A DNA stretch of 64,000 bases from Diplonema japonicum (taxonomy: Eukaryota; Protista; Euglenozoa: Diplonemea). Below are positions 1 to 10,242 of this stretch, in pieces; position 1 is the stretch's first letter, and each line of letters starts with the position of its first letter. A model generated the notes under the pieces. It was given only the letters and a program-made list of their open reading frames with translations. It was not told where the DNA came from and did not search any database. Location of the stretch: NCBI GenBank assembly GCA_964019335.1, contig OZ025723.1:186001-250000 (forward strand), in the 5' to 3' direction. Both the position numbers and the translations under genes were made by a program.

Positions 1-29
1 TTACTTCTTAAGCTTTTTTTTTTCCCCCT

Positions 30-60
<31 letters not shown>

Positions 61-1635
61 CAAGGGACAAGTCTTTCGATATGTCTAAACAAATAAAAAA
101 TGGGGGAACCTTACGCCCCCCCCCTAAAGCATCGCTCCCCCCCCCCCTTTTTTCTTTTCTTTTTGAAACAGTGAGGACTCCCATGCACACTGAAAATTTA
201 TCGGGTTTTTTCTTTTTCTTTTTTTTTGTCATTCAATATCTATTACGATATGCAATGAGTACAAGTTTCTATTTTTTTTTATATAAACAACGGCGTTGAG
301 GCAGAGCGGGAGAAAAAAACCTTCCCCCCCCCCCCCATTTCTATCTTGAGATCCTTAGTTTCTAATGATCTGTAAAGTGAAGCCTCCAATCATTACCCCC
401 CCTCTCTTTTTTTATAAACAACGGCGAAACAAAAAAAATGAAATGGCATTTACCGGGGGGGTGCTATATATCCCCCCCCCCCCCCCCTCCCTCCCTTATT
501 TTTTAATTTCGTTTTCAGAAAAGTAAATTTGGGGCAATCTTAATCAGGATGTTAGGTCGGGGGGGGGGGGGGGGGGGGTTGAGTGTTCAAGCCAGATAAT
601 AAGAAAATAGGGCAAACTAGGATTTTTTTTGGGGGGGGGAAGGGTTTACTCTTTTATTTAGTTTTTGATTGGGGGGGGGGGGATGCTCATTATTCATACT
701 CTCTCTCTCTCCTTCCTCTTCACCCCCCCCCCCCCCACGGCCAATACAATGTACAGAGGTCTTCCTCCGTATTCGTAAAGGTCTATACTATGCCTTGAAG
801 GAGCGGTAGTCGGGGGGGGGAAAAAAAAAGGAAAGAAATTAGAGAAAGTTAAGGGGAAAAAAAAGAAGAAAAAAAAAAAAGGAGGGGCCACTACCAGAAC
901 CCTCCTGCTGACGTGTTTCTTGCGTGAACAGGGGGGAAGGGTCTTTTTTTTTTTTTAAAAAAAAAAGAATTTTATAGCACTCCTGATGGTTCCTAATAAT
1001 ATGTAACGTCTTTTACCTCTTTTTTTTTTTTTTTTTTTAAAAATGTAAACGAGTAACAGTCTCACACAGAAGGTCCCTGTCTCAAGGGCACCTTTCCAAG
1101 GGGCCCCACCTGAGACCTGGCCAAAATTTTTTTTATTGCATTCCCCCTCCAAGGTCCATCTTACTATGGTTGGTATCACACAAAGATGTCACGAAGGTGT
1201 TTACCGAGGAGTTTTTCTTTTTTTTTTTTTCCTTCTTCCTTGTGTTTTGCTCCCTCTGGTTTCCGATTCCCATCTTGTATTTTTGGTTGTAAGGGAAAAG
1301 AGGGATCTCATCTTTTTTTTTTTTTGTTTGCAAGAACTACTCCCCCCCTCCCTTTTTTTTTGTGATTATCTGTGTTCCTTCCCCCTATCCCCTTTTTTTT
1401 CGCCCCTTCTTCTTCTTCTTCTTCCCCCCCTTTAAAAAAAGAAAAAGTAGTGGGAAAAAAAAAAGAAAGAAAACGAGAGATGAAAAATTTCAAAAAAAAA
1501 AAAAGAAAGAGCTGCCACTGGCTGTGCTCACATCAAAAAAAAATTCTCTCTCTCTCTCTTCATTCTCGGAAAATATGACAAAAAAAACAATTTATTAAAA
1601 AAAAAAGGGAACACACACACAAAAAAAAAAAAAAA

Positions 1636-2454
1636 ATGGCAACACACGGGGAAAGAGTCGAGGAGACGAAAGCTGTGTTCAACGACATCATCGCAGAGAC
1701 GAAAGCGAATATGGTAAAGGCAGGCATCCGTGATGACCTGATGGAGAAAATCCTGGGGAAATGGAACACGCTCGTGACCGCTCAGTACAAAGGCTCTATC
1801 GTTATCGAAACAAAGGTGGTCGAGGCACGGGCTGCTCGGCGACGAAGGGAACAAGCCTGGTACTCTATATCAGACATGGAAACCCCAAAAATAAAAAACC
1901 AGTTGGAACAAATGACCGGACTCCCTCCTGTTGGTGTCCCTTCTACCCTGCTGGGCGAGGTACTAAGTTCAAAAGCCGGTTTACAAGTCGATGGTGGGTT
2001 CCTATCCGCTTCTGATGAAAGCAGCAATGACGGCGACGAACAACAAGAAGAAGAAGACACGAGTGCTGACTACGGCCTTGAGGACACCACGCTGCAGACT
2101 CAGAATCTTATCACCATCCCGGAGCCTGAGGAAAACAACACTTATTTCAAAGATGTTTTGGACAGGCTTGCTTACGACGGCAAAACACCCAAAGTATACG
2201 GAATTTTGGCAGATTTCACCTCTGGAAAGTTCACAGGAATGATCAAAGGGAACAAAATCGATACTGAATCTTCTATTAAGAGCAAGCGGGTCGTCCTACA
2301 CGGCGGGTTCATTGAGGAGCCCGAAGAAAACAAATGCCTTGCCTTCGGACACCTTGCCCTGGCGATGGACTGCAACAACATGGTGGAGCGAACCACGGAG
2401 CCCGACTTCAAGCAACAACCGCATTTTTGGGTAGGGACGATTGATGACGTCTAG
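1636..2454 (+). CDS. GTF2A1: TFIIA large subunit (alpha/beta)-like protein
   Basis: N-terminal helix pair (VFNDIIAETKANMVKAGIRDDLMEKILGKWNTLV) resembles the TFIIA-alpha/TOA1 N-terminus. A QVDG motif (1984-1995) is followed by an acidic tract, then a beta-rich C-terminus. The ATG follows an A-run. Confidence 0.6.
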   Translation: MATHGERVEETKAVFNDIIAETKANMVKAGIRDDLMEKILGKWNTLVTAQYKGSIVIETKVVEARAARRRREQAWYSISDMETPKIKNQLEQMTGLPPVGVPSTLLGEVLSSKAGLQVDGGFLSASDESSNDGDEQQEEEDTSADYGLEDTTLQTQNLITIPEPEENNTYFKDVLDRLAYDGKTPKVYGILADFTSGKFTGMIKGNKIDTESSIKSKRVVLHGGFIEEPEENKCLAFGHLALAMDCNNMVERTTEPDFKQQPHFWVGTIDDV

Positions 2455-2587
2455 TCAAGTTTTTTTTTTCTTTTTTTTTTTTGGGAAAACAAAAAAAAAA
2501 AAAATGAAACCATTGTCAAAAAAAGAGGGGGTGGTGGTGGTGGTGGTGTGGAGGAAAAAAGAAGGGGGAAAAAAAAAAAGAAAATAA

Positions 2588-3674
2588 ATGACAACATCTA
2601 CCGTCTCTGCAGCATCGTGGGCTTCAACACCGTCGCATGCAGTGTACCTCGATGAACATGGTATGAATTTAAAAATTAAAAAAAAAAAAAAAAAATCCCC
2701 TCTCTCTTTCCCCCCCCTCAGGCTTCATCATGAACAACAACAACCAAACACAAACGGCCCCGCTAACCCAACGGCAGTCCGACCGCGATAACAAAAAGCT
2801 AGACAAATGGATGAAAATGATCGCCAAGTGGGACGAAACAGAGAAAGACTACCAAAAGCTCAAAAGACGTATACGGGCAGGCGGTATTCCACAAACACTC
2901 CGAGGGCTCGTCTGGCAGCTCATGCTGGGAAGCAGACAGAAACAAATGGCCAATGCGTCCTTGTACACCGAATTATGCCGTAGAAACATGGATTCCGGCT
3001 TAGCAGAAATCATTAAAAGAGACCTGGGCAGGACATTTCCCACCCATGCTCTGTTTCTTGGAACAGACAGTGTTGGGCAAAAATCGCTTTACTCTCTTTT
3101 AAAAGCATATGCGATTTACGATCCAAAGATAGGGTACTGTCAGGGAATGGGGTTTATCGCTGCAACGTTGCTTACTCAGATGAAGGAGGAGGAGGCTTTC
3201 TGGTGTTTTGTGCTGCTAATGAAACGTCAAAAATATGAGCTTGGTGACATGTACCTTCCGGGTTTTCCCAAAGTACAAGAGGCTTTCGAGATTCTTCAGA
3301 TTTTGATAGAAGCATTCTCTCCACCGTTAGCAGAACATTTCAGGGCGGAGGGAATCAACACCAATTATTTCGCGTCGCAGTGGTTCATGACGTTGTTTGT
3401 TTATTTGTTTCCTTTCAAGCTGCTGCTACGCGTGTGGGACATTTTTCTTCTGGAGGGGTGGAAGTTGGTCTTCCGGGTGGCGATGTCTTTACTTCTTTCG
3501 GCTGAGACAGAGCTTCTCGAGTTGAAAATGGAGGGTATTCTCCCGAAGCTGAAGACGCTCCACGAGAACAAGGACCCGTCCGTGCTCATCGCCGAGGCTT
3601 GCAAGATAAAAATCACAAACAGAGAATTGCGCTTGCTCGCGAAAAGAATTCGCGAGAACTCGGACAATGCATAA
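2588..3674 (+). CDS. TBC-domain Rab GTPase-activating protein (2 exons)
   Basis: GIPQTLRGLVW, IKRDLGRTFP and YCQGMGF motifs. GT-AG intron 2661-2721 joins DEH-G-FIM in frame with the 2730 ORF. Confidence 0.92.
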
Positions 3675-3685
3675 CCATATATATT

Positions 3686-3722
<37 letters not shown>

Positions 3723-4353
3723 AAAAACACCCCCTTTCTACACTAAAAAATATATTTTTTTTTAAAAAAAAAAAAGAAACATAAATAAATGTTGTGCGAA
3801 TGGGGGAGGGGGGAGGGGGATGATCTACTCTACGATTTCTTTTTTTTTTTTTTGACAAACAAACAAACAAAAAAAAAAAACAATATGGCGAAAGAAAAGA
3901 AGAAGAAAAAAAAAAGAAAAAAATGACAAAGCAAGAACTTTTACCATATAAGTCAGCAAGGCCCAGCCCTCCAAAAAAAAAAAAAAAAACTCCCAGACTG
4001 ACCGATGTTCGAGTTATTTAACGTACGGAGGGGAATAGAAGGTTAGGTCAGACATTTTGTCAGTCCTGTAATCAAGTAGATAGTGCTTGTGCAGGGCGCT
4101 ACCAACCCCAGCCTCCTTCGTGTCTCATATATATATATTTGGGTGACCAAACTCCCGGAAGCGAAAAAAAGCCGGCCACTTCACATAAGATACGGGCGAT
4201 CATCAACACAAGAAGGCCCTCCCAAGACCAAAAAAAAAAAAAAAAAAAAAAAAAAAAAGCCCGGATATTCGTTCTCTTCCCGATATTTTCGTCTTACAGT
4301 ATTTTTTTTTTCTCTTTTATTTTTCTTCTCGCTGTTTCCCATTTTTTTTTTAT

Positions 4354-5012
4354 AGAGAAGCTGCAGCGATACCTGGCAATGGTGGTGGAAAAGCGGGACG
4401 AAGGGCTGATGCAGGCAGAAGGCGGCAACAAGAAGCTACCATGGGAGCGGGAAGTGACAGGCAAAGTGACCCCGGTACCGACGACAGCACAGCTGGGGAC
4501 AGTGGTGGGACTGCTGGAGCAATTCGGGGAACCACTACTGGAATGGATGGGAAAGCTGCGATGGGTGGAGGGCGACACCGACTCGGAGGTTTCGGCAGCT
4601 GAACTTGCACTCGACTTTGAGGAGACAACCGGTAAGTCACTGGGAGTCTACAACATGCAGAGGAAGGCACGCAGAATCAAGCTGTTGGTGGAGAGAGCCA
4701 ACGCAGTGTGCAGAACGAGACGGATAAGACGCCCCTTCCCTGCGGACGGGGCAAAGAGGGTCAAGTCGCTCACAGCGATGGGAGGCAAGGCTGCAATAGG
4801 CTTTAACAGGAGACCGATCTTCGCATCAAGACAGACAGCGCAAAAGCTACAGGAGTTGAAAGGGACATACAAGAAAGAACGCGTGTCGAGACTACGAAAA
4901 GCTTTAAAGGCGACAATAGGAACGAAGGCTATGCTCCAGAAGGGGAGCATTAATAGATAGGAACTCACACCACAAGAGGCTGTCCTCGAGTGGGATTGTC
5001 TTTTACTATGAG
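4354..5012 (+). mobile_element. 5'-truncated retroelement-like copy 1 (C-terminal ORF fragment ending QKGSINR*, short 3' UTR, T-run)
   Basis: Homologous to 49450-49851 and 51686-51906 (RPxFA and QKGSIxR-TAG). 3' end GGGATTGTCYTKTACTWTGAG shared with 51686-51906. T-runs on both sides. No RT domain in the window, so the class is inferred. Confidence 0.6.
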
Positions 5013-5080
5013 TTTTTTTTTTTTTTTTTTTTTTTGCTTGTGCGTTCTTTTTTGTTCTCTTCCCCCCCCCCCTTTTTTTT

Positions 5081-5118
5081 GGAGGCTGTCCTCAAAGTGG
5101 GATGTCTTTTACTATGAG
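5081..5118 (+). mobile_element. Very short 3'-end copy of the same element
   Basis: GAGGCTGTCCTCAAAGTGGGATGTCTTTTACTATGAG nearly duplicates 4976-5012. T-runs on both sides. Confidence 0.6.
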
Positions 5119-5691
5119 TTTTTTTTTAGCAAACTGCACGAGCGCAGAATCTTGGCTAACCGGGTCGTCCCCCTGTAATCAAGTAGATAGTTGCAATCAA
5201 AGCCCAGTTTTTTTTTTTTTTTTCTTTTCTTTTTTTTTTTTTGAAATCTTTAAAAAAAGATCTGCCGTATGGCCCCATATTTTTTTTCAAACTTCTCCTC
5301 CCCCCAATCAATGTTGCCAACAAAAAAAAAAGAAAGAAAGAAAAACACGCATTTGTATGCGCACTCCCACCCCACCGCACGTTCACCTATCTGTGTGTCA
5401 GTTGCAATGGGATTTCGCCAACCGAGGGAAGGCAGCCAGTCACACAAGGGTTCATGTATTCTTCATTTTTCTTTTTTTGTGTGGAAAAAAAAAAGAAGAA
5501 AAAAAGTACTGACGCTTTTTACGCCCCATCACCTACCAAATCCTGGGCAAAAAAAAGGGGGTTGATATTTTTTCTTCCTTCTTCTTATTACTTCTTTCTT
5601 TCTCTTTTTTCTTTTTTATACTTTCTTTACAAAAAAGGGGGGGGAGGGGGAAACCTTTTTATTTTTGCCAGTACACAAAAAAAAAAAAAAA

Positions 5692-7629
5692 ATGTTTCCA
5701 AAATACTACCAGGAGAGAAAACGAAGAGAATCTTGCACGAAACAGATTCCAGGGAACAGCATCATGAAGAGGCTCACAGTCGGCATGGAACTGGACAGGC
5801 ACGATGGGTGTGTGAATGCCATACACTACACAAAAAACGGCCAATTTCTCGCATCCGGCAGCGACGATCGTTCTGTGATGATATGGAACACCCTGACGGG
5901 CGAGCACGTGAAAAGCATCGACACCCCACACTGCAGAAACATTTTCAGCGTGAAGTTCCTCCCCTGGAATGAAGACCGCCTTATAAGCGGTGCAATGGAT
6001 GGAAACATGTACCTTCTCCATACAGATCGGCCAGACGCGACAAAAACCGTTTTCCTAGGCTCCTCAAGAGAAGGCTACGTGTCTTGCGTGAGCACATCTC
6101 TTGAACTTCCTGAAACCGTTCTTTCAACCCACGGAAACGGCAGCGCCAAACAACACGATCTTCGCAGCATGCAAACATCAATTCTGATATCGTTGGGAAC
6201 TGGCGTGTCAGGGTGGGGCAGGGATGTAATTTCAGCAACTTGTATAGTCCCGTGTCCGGTACAGCCGAATATCGTCGCGGTGGGTTGTTCTGACCCGTAT
6301 TTGAAATTCTTCGATTTGCGGTATATTACAAACAAGGGTGTGGGGACGTCACACCGTTCCGTCCCATTTCTCCAGCTGGCATCTCGCCAGCTTTTGAAAA
6401 AACACTCGCGGGCAGACTTGTCCGGTGTTTCAGGTGTCGCATGGCACTCCAACGGAACAGAAATTCTAGCTAACTACAACGGCGATGAAATCTGCGCGTA
6501 CGACCTGACGGAAACTGTAAAGAAGGACGCGGTGTGTACCAGAATGGTCGTCGAACCCTCAAGGGATTTCAGCGTGTTTTCCCGAACGGAACCTTCTGCT
6601 GAACACGCAACCGGGACCAACAAGACCTCGCTCGTCGAAAAATTCACAGGAAGGGTAAACCGCGAGACGCTATTCAAAGAAGTCTGTTATTTCCTGGACC
6701 ACCGATACGTTGTGACAGGCGGCGATGACGGCCATATTTTCTTTTGGGAAAGAAAAACCGGGACCCTGGTGAGGTCCCCACGCGGCGACACATCTGTCGT
6801 TAACGGTGTCGCAGCACACCCTGTCATCCCACAACTCGCTTCCTGCGGCATCGCAAATTCAGTAAAATTGTGGGAACCCGGAAAAGACGTTGTAAACATC
6901 CAATCAGACAGTGACGGGTTAGGGTCTTTCGGGTTCAGATTTGGTATCATTGATTCAAGTGATATTGATGAGGAAGAGGACGAGGAGGAAGAGGAGGACG
7001 AGGAAGACGAGGAAAACTCTGATACACCGCTTACCCTTCTCCCCTACGTCCTCGAGGATCTGCGGGACAGGTACACCGAACTGTGCGCTGAAACTATCGT
7101 CCCCCCGTCGTTGTTATTCACACCGCCTGCACAGAGACACACTGAGCCTGAAGCGGTTGAGGCCATTGATGAGTTTCTGGCTTTTTTCGGTGTTATAGAT
7201 GAAGCACTTGTTCTCGTGCATGCGCACCCACCCCCACAGGAAGTGATCGACATTATCTCCACAATCCTGACATACAGAGCACACGTTCTCTTTCAAACAG
7301 ACGAGCACTTGGAGTGCATCAAAAATTGCACCACTATCCTTTCATTCTTGCCCGGAAACATCAATGCTTTATACCTTCGGTATGCTGAAGAAAGAAGGAA
7401 AAAAAAAAAAAAAAAAAAAAAAAAACACAGAGCGTGTTCCTATTACCTAACGCATGATTTGGCATCCGCTACGCGTGACCTTACTGCTGTACAAGACTGT
7501 GACGATGAAATCGATGAGGAGGAGGAGGAAGAGGAAAGCGCCGAAGATTCGGATTTCGACCACCCGTCTATCCTTAAAAGAAGCGCCGCCGCTTTGAAAC
7601 AGCTGTGGGGGTTGCAGCAAATAGGATAA
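5692..7629 (+). CDS. DCAF8/DCAF6/WDTC1-like WD40 protein with C-terminal TPR-like helices (2 exons)
   Basis: HDGCVNAI..LASGSDD, HCRNIFSVKFLP, YVVTGGDDGHIFFW and VVNGVAAHP motifs. In-frame GT-AG poly(A) intron 7380-7430 (51 nt) removes a poly-Lys stretch. Confidence 0.85.
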   Translation: MFPKYYQERKRRESCTKQIPGNSIMKRLTVGMELDRHDGCVNAIHYTKNGQFLASGSDDRSVMIWNTLTGEHVKSIDTPHCRNIFSVKFLPWNEDRLISGAMDGNMYLLHTDRPDATKTVFLGSSREGYVSCVSTSLELPETVLSTHGNGSAKQHDLRSMQTSILISLGTGVSGWGRDVISATCIVPCPVQPNIVAVGCSDPYLKFFDLRYITNKGVGTSHRSVPFLQLASRQLLKKHSRADLSGVSGVAWHSNGTEILANYNGDEICAYDLTETVKKDAVCTRMVVEPSRDFSVFSRTEPSAEHATGTNKTSLVEKFTGRVNRETLFKEVCYFLDHRYVVTGGDDGHIFFWERKTGTLVRSPRGDTSVVNGVAAHPVIPQLASCGIANSVKLWEPGKDVVNIQSDSDGLGSFGFRFGIIDSSDIDEEEDEEEEEDEEDEENSDTPLTLLPYVLEDLRDRYTELCAETIVPPSLLFTPPAQRHTEPEAVEAIDEFLAFFGVIDEALVLVHAHPPPQEVIDIISTILTYRAHVLFQTDEHLECIKNCTTILSFLPGNINALYLRYAEERRKKKKKKKKKHRACSYYLTHDLASATRDLTAVQDCDDEIDEEEEEEESAEDSDFDHPSILKRSAAALKQLWGLQQIG

Positions 7630-7750
7630 CACTATATGTTTTTTTTTTTTTTCTCTTCTCCATACCCCACTCAAAAAAAAAGGCCCATTTACACAATATT
7701 TTTTTTTTTCCCCTCCCTCTCATTTTCTTTGCCTTCCCCCCCTCCCTCAT

Positions 7751-9088
7751 ATGACGTGCTTCGACGTTGAGAAGGTAGCCGTCCTCGATAAGTGCCTTGG
7801 AAAGGGTGCCTATGGAACGGTGTACTTGGGTATGCATAGAGACACAGGCCAACAGGTTGCCGTGAAACAAATTAGCTTCCCGTCGAGCGAGAATGGGAAG
7901 GCCAAGCAACAGCTGGAGAAGGCAACCGTGGAGATCCAGCTGATGAAACAGTTCAAGCACGACAATGTGATCGGCTACCTCGGCGCCCTGCGGGAAGGCT
8001 TCACCCTCTACATCTACATGGAGTACTGCAGCGGGGGAACGCTGAAAACCCTGCTACAAACATGCGGAAAACTCACCAAAAGTTTAACACAAAAATTTCT
8101 GCGGCATCTACTAAGGGGCCTGGACTACCTACACAGCATGTGCATATGCCACAGAGACGTCAAGAGCGACAATGTTCTTCTCTCACCCGAAGGTGTCGTT
8201 AAACTAGGAGACTTCGGTACATCAAAACCCATTCAAGACTGCTTTTCACTATGCTCCGGACTTGCGTCAATCTGCGGTACCCCATGGTTCATGGCACCGG
8301 AGGTTATCGCTGGTGAACCTTACGGCCTACCTGTGGACGTATGGTCGCTCGGGTGCACCCTCTTCGAAATGTCGACAGGAACCCACCCCTTCAATGAATG
8401 TGATAACCCCCACGCTGCAATGTACAAAATCGCTTCCGAACGGAAGCCTCCACAGCTCCCGATGACGATCGACCCGCAGATCGGGTTTTTAGTGGAATGG
8501 TGCTGTACAAAAGACCCTCGAAAACGCCCTTGTTGCCGCGACCTTCTTCGACACGATTTTGTGCGGAGTGAAGACGACAAAGAAGAAGAAGAAGAAGAAG
8601 AAGAAGAAATTGAAGATTATTCTGAAGATGGCGACACCGGTGATAAATATGGCGGTTTACCGCTTTGCGATGTTTGCGGGGACAGCATTGCTGTGTTTAT
8701 GTGTGTCGACTGTGTTGATATGGGGAAATCGTGTCCCAAGTGTTGGGATGCCATCCATGAAGGTCACGCGAAGGGGCCGTTGCTTTTCGGGGGGAACCGA
8801 CCGCCTCCTCGGATCTGGTTCCCCCGTCCCGCTGAGCTCTCGTCTATCGACGATTCAGTATTGTTCACCTCCATCGATGGTGGGATCGTCACCGAAAACG
8901 GACAGCTCGTTGAACTTCTACCACACCCGTCTCACTCGGGACCTTGCTCCCTCAACAACGATGGTGTTTGCCACCTTTCACTCGATCCTGAGCGGGATGA
9001 CCCTGGTTGGGGGTGTCAAAAGTGCACCTACAACAATTTAAACCGGGCCTCGTTGTGTGAGGTTTGCGAGCATCCCAGACACCCTTGA
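7751..9088 (+). CDS. STE11/MAP3K-like Ser/Thr kinase with C-terminal B-box-like and RanBP2-type zinc fingers
   Basis: GKGAYG, VAVK, HRDVKSDN, DFG and GTPWFMAPE motifs. CDVC..CVDC..CPKC..H cluster. WGCQKCTYNN..CEVC. Confidence 0.9.
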   Translation: MTCFDVEKVAVLDKCLGKGAYGTVYLGMHRDTGQQVAVKQISFPSSENGKAKQQLEKATVEIQLMKQFKHDNVIGYLGALREGFTLYIYMEYCSGGTLKTLLQTCGKLTKSLTQKFLRHLLRGLDYLHSMCICHRDVKSDNVLLSPEGVVKLGDFGTSKPIQDCFSLCSGLASICGTPWFMAPEVIAGEPYGLPVDVWSLGCTLFEMSTGTHPFNECDNPHAAMYKIASERKPPQLPMTIDPQIGFLVEWCCTKDPRKRPCCRDLLRHDFVRSEDDKEEEEEEEEEIEDYSEDGDTGDKYGGLPLCDVCGDSIAVFMCVDCVDMGKSCPKCWDAIHEGHAKGPLLFGGNRPPPRIWFPRPAELSSIDDSVLFTSIDGGIVTENGQLVELLPHPSHSGPCSLNNDGVCHLSLDPERDDPGWGCQKCTYNNLNRASLCEVCEHPRHP

Positions 9089-9406
9089 AAAATGGGTTTC
9101 ATAAAAAAAAGAAAATTACCCCCACACACCCCTTCATTTTTTCATTGAAAGTAAGAGTATTCTTTTTTTTTTTATTATTATTATTATTATTCTCTCTTTG
9201 TTGAATAACGATCTGCAAATAGTAAATTTACTGCAAAAGGAAAAAAAAAATACCAGAGGGGAAAATATCCGGATTCCCGGACACACCTATCTAAGAAACC
9301 CTTACTATGCGTTCTTTTCCTTTTCAATCGATTGTTATATACGTATTCCGGATACCTATCTAAGAAACCCAGGGCAAACCAGCACCGCAAAACTTCTTCG
9401 TTGTTC

Positions 9407-9475
9407 CGCCTATTGTAGAAGCCTGTGGGCGGGGAGGGGTCCTCAGTGGAGGATGTGGGGAGCGGTCAGCGTTGG
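9407..9475 (+). pseudogene. Relic fragment of the beta-propeller gene family (start of the constant domain)
   Basis: Near-identical to about 11318-11389 (CGCCTATTGT..GAAGCCTGTGGGCGGGGAGGGGTC..CAGCGTTGG). Confidence 0.75.
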
Positions 9476-9499
9476 TCATAAAGCTGGTCATAAATGAAA

Positions 9500-9700
9500 C
9501 TTTTTTACCAGAAAAGAGATCCGTAGTAGGGGCACCTTTACCTCTTCTTTTATAAACTTAAAATTATTTTCCTCTTTTACATTCAATTCCATTTTTATTA
9601 TTATAGGAACGTCCAACTTAGAAGCTCACCAATGTGCGTATGTAACCATTTTATTGGCACGTTGGTGACGGCCGTGGTGGTCGTTGCAAAGCACCATTAA
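9500..9700 (+). repeat. Duplicated non-coding upstream block, copy 1 (copy 2 at 12296-12502)
   Basis: About 200 nt of near-identical sequence (TTTTACCAGAAAAGAGATCCGTAGTAGGGGCACC...GCAAAGCACCATTAA) upstream of each propeller paralogue. Confidence 0.85.
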
Positions 9701-10076
9701 CCACTAAAGGACCATGAGGACATATGTGTCCTTAACCATCTACCAACGAGCGTCTTTATAAAGACGATTTGAAAAAAAATCTTTTGCGCAAAGGGCTTTC
9801 AATGCAATAAGGCCCGGCCACTTCTTGCAGCCGGGGTCCTGCGCAGAAAATATGAAAAATATAAACTAAATGCTGCCCTAACTTAACAAGAAAAAGAAAA
9901 AAGAGAAAAAAAACGCCAGACCATATTTACCCTTAAAAATCACTTCAAAAAAGGGCTCCCAGAAAGAGGCCGGAAGAGGACATTATGAGTGATGGTAGCA
10001 CTGATGGCTCATCCCTATTATGCAATTTTGATACAGACTGTGATTCTGATACAAATTCGACCGCATGTGCGAGAGT

Positions 10077-10126
10077 GTGCGAGAATGCGAGGATTTGGTG
10101 CTAGAATCGTCCTCGCATTCTCGCAC
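10077..10126. repeat. Perfect 17-bp inverted repeat with 16-nt loop
   Basis: GTGCGAGAATGCGAGGA (10077-10093) pairs with TCCTCGCATTCTCGCAC (10110-10126). Confidence 0.85.
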
Positions 10127-10242
10127 GGGAGTCGTTTTACCAAAGCCATTTAATCCGACTCCTGTCGCATGAGAAAAACAAACAAAAAGAAATACATAAA
10201 AATCACAGATTACAACAAGAAAAAAAAAAGGAAAGCAAAACA

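Noticed and set aside
1-1620. Many short poly-K/poly-F/poly-P/poly-G ORFs here and in other spacers (18100-19480, 24260-25100, 33580-34290, 46750-47700, 63090-64000)
   Set aside because: Translations of homopolymer runs. Run lengths may also be affected by sequencing error.
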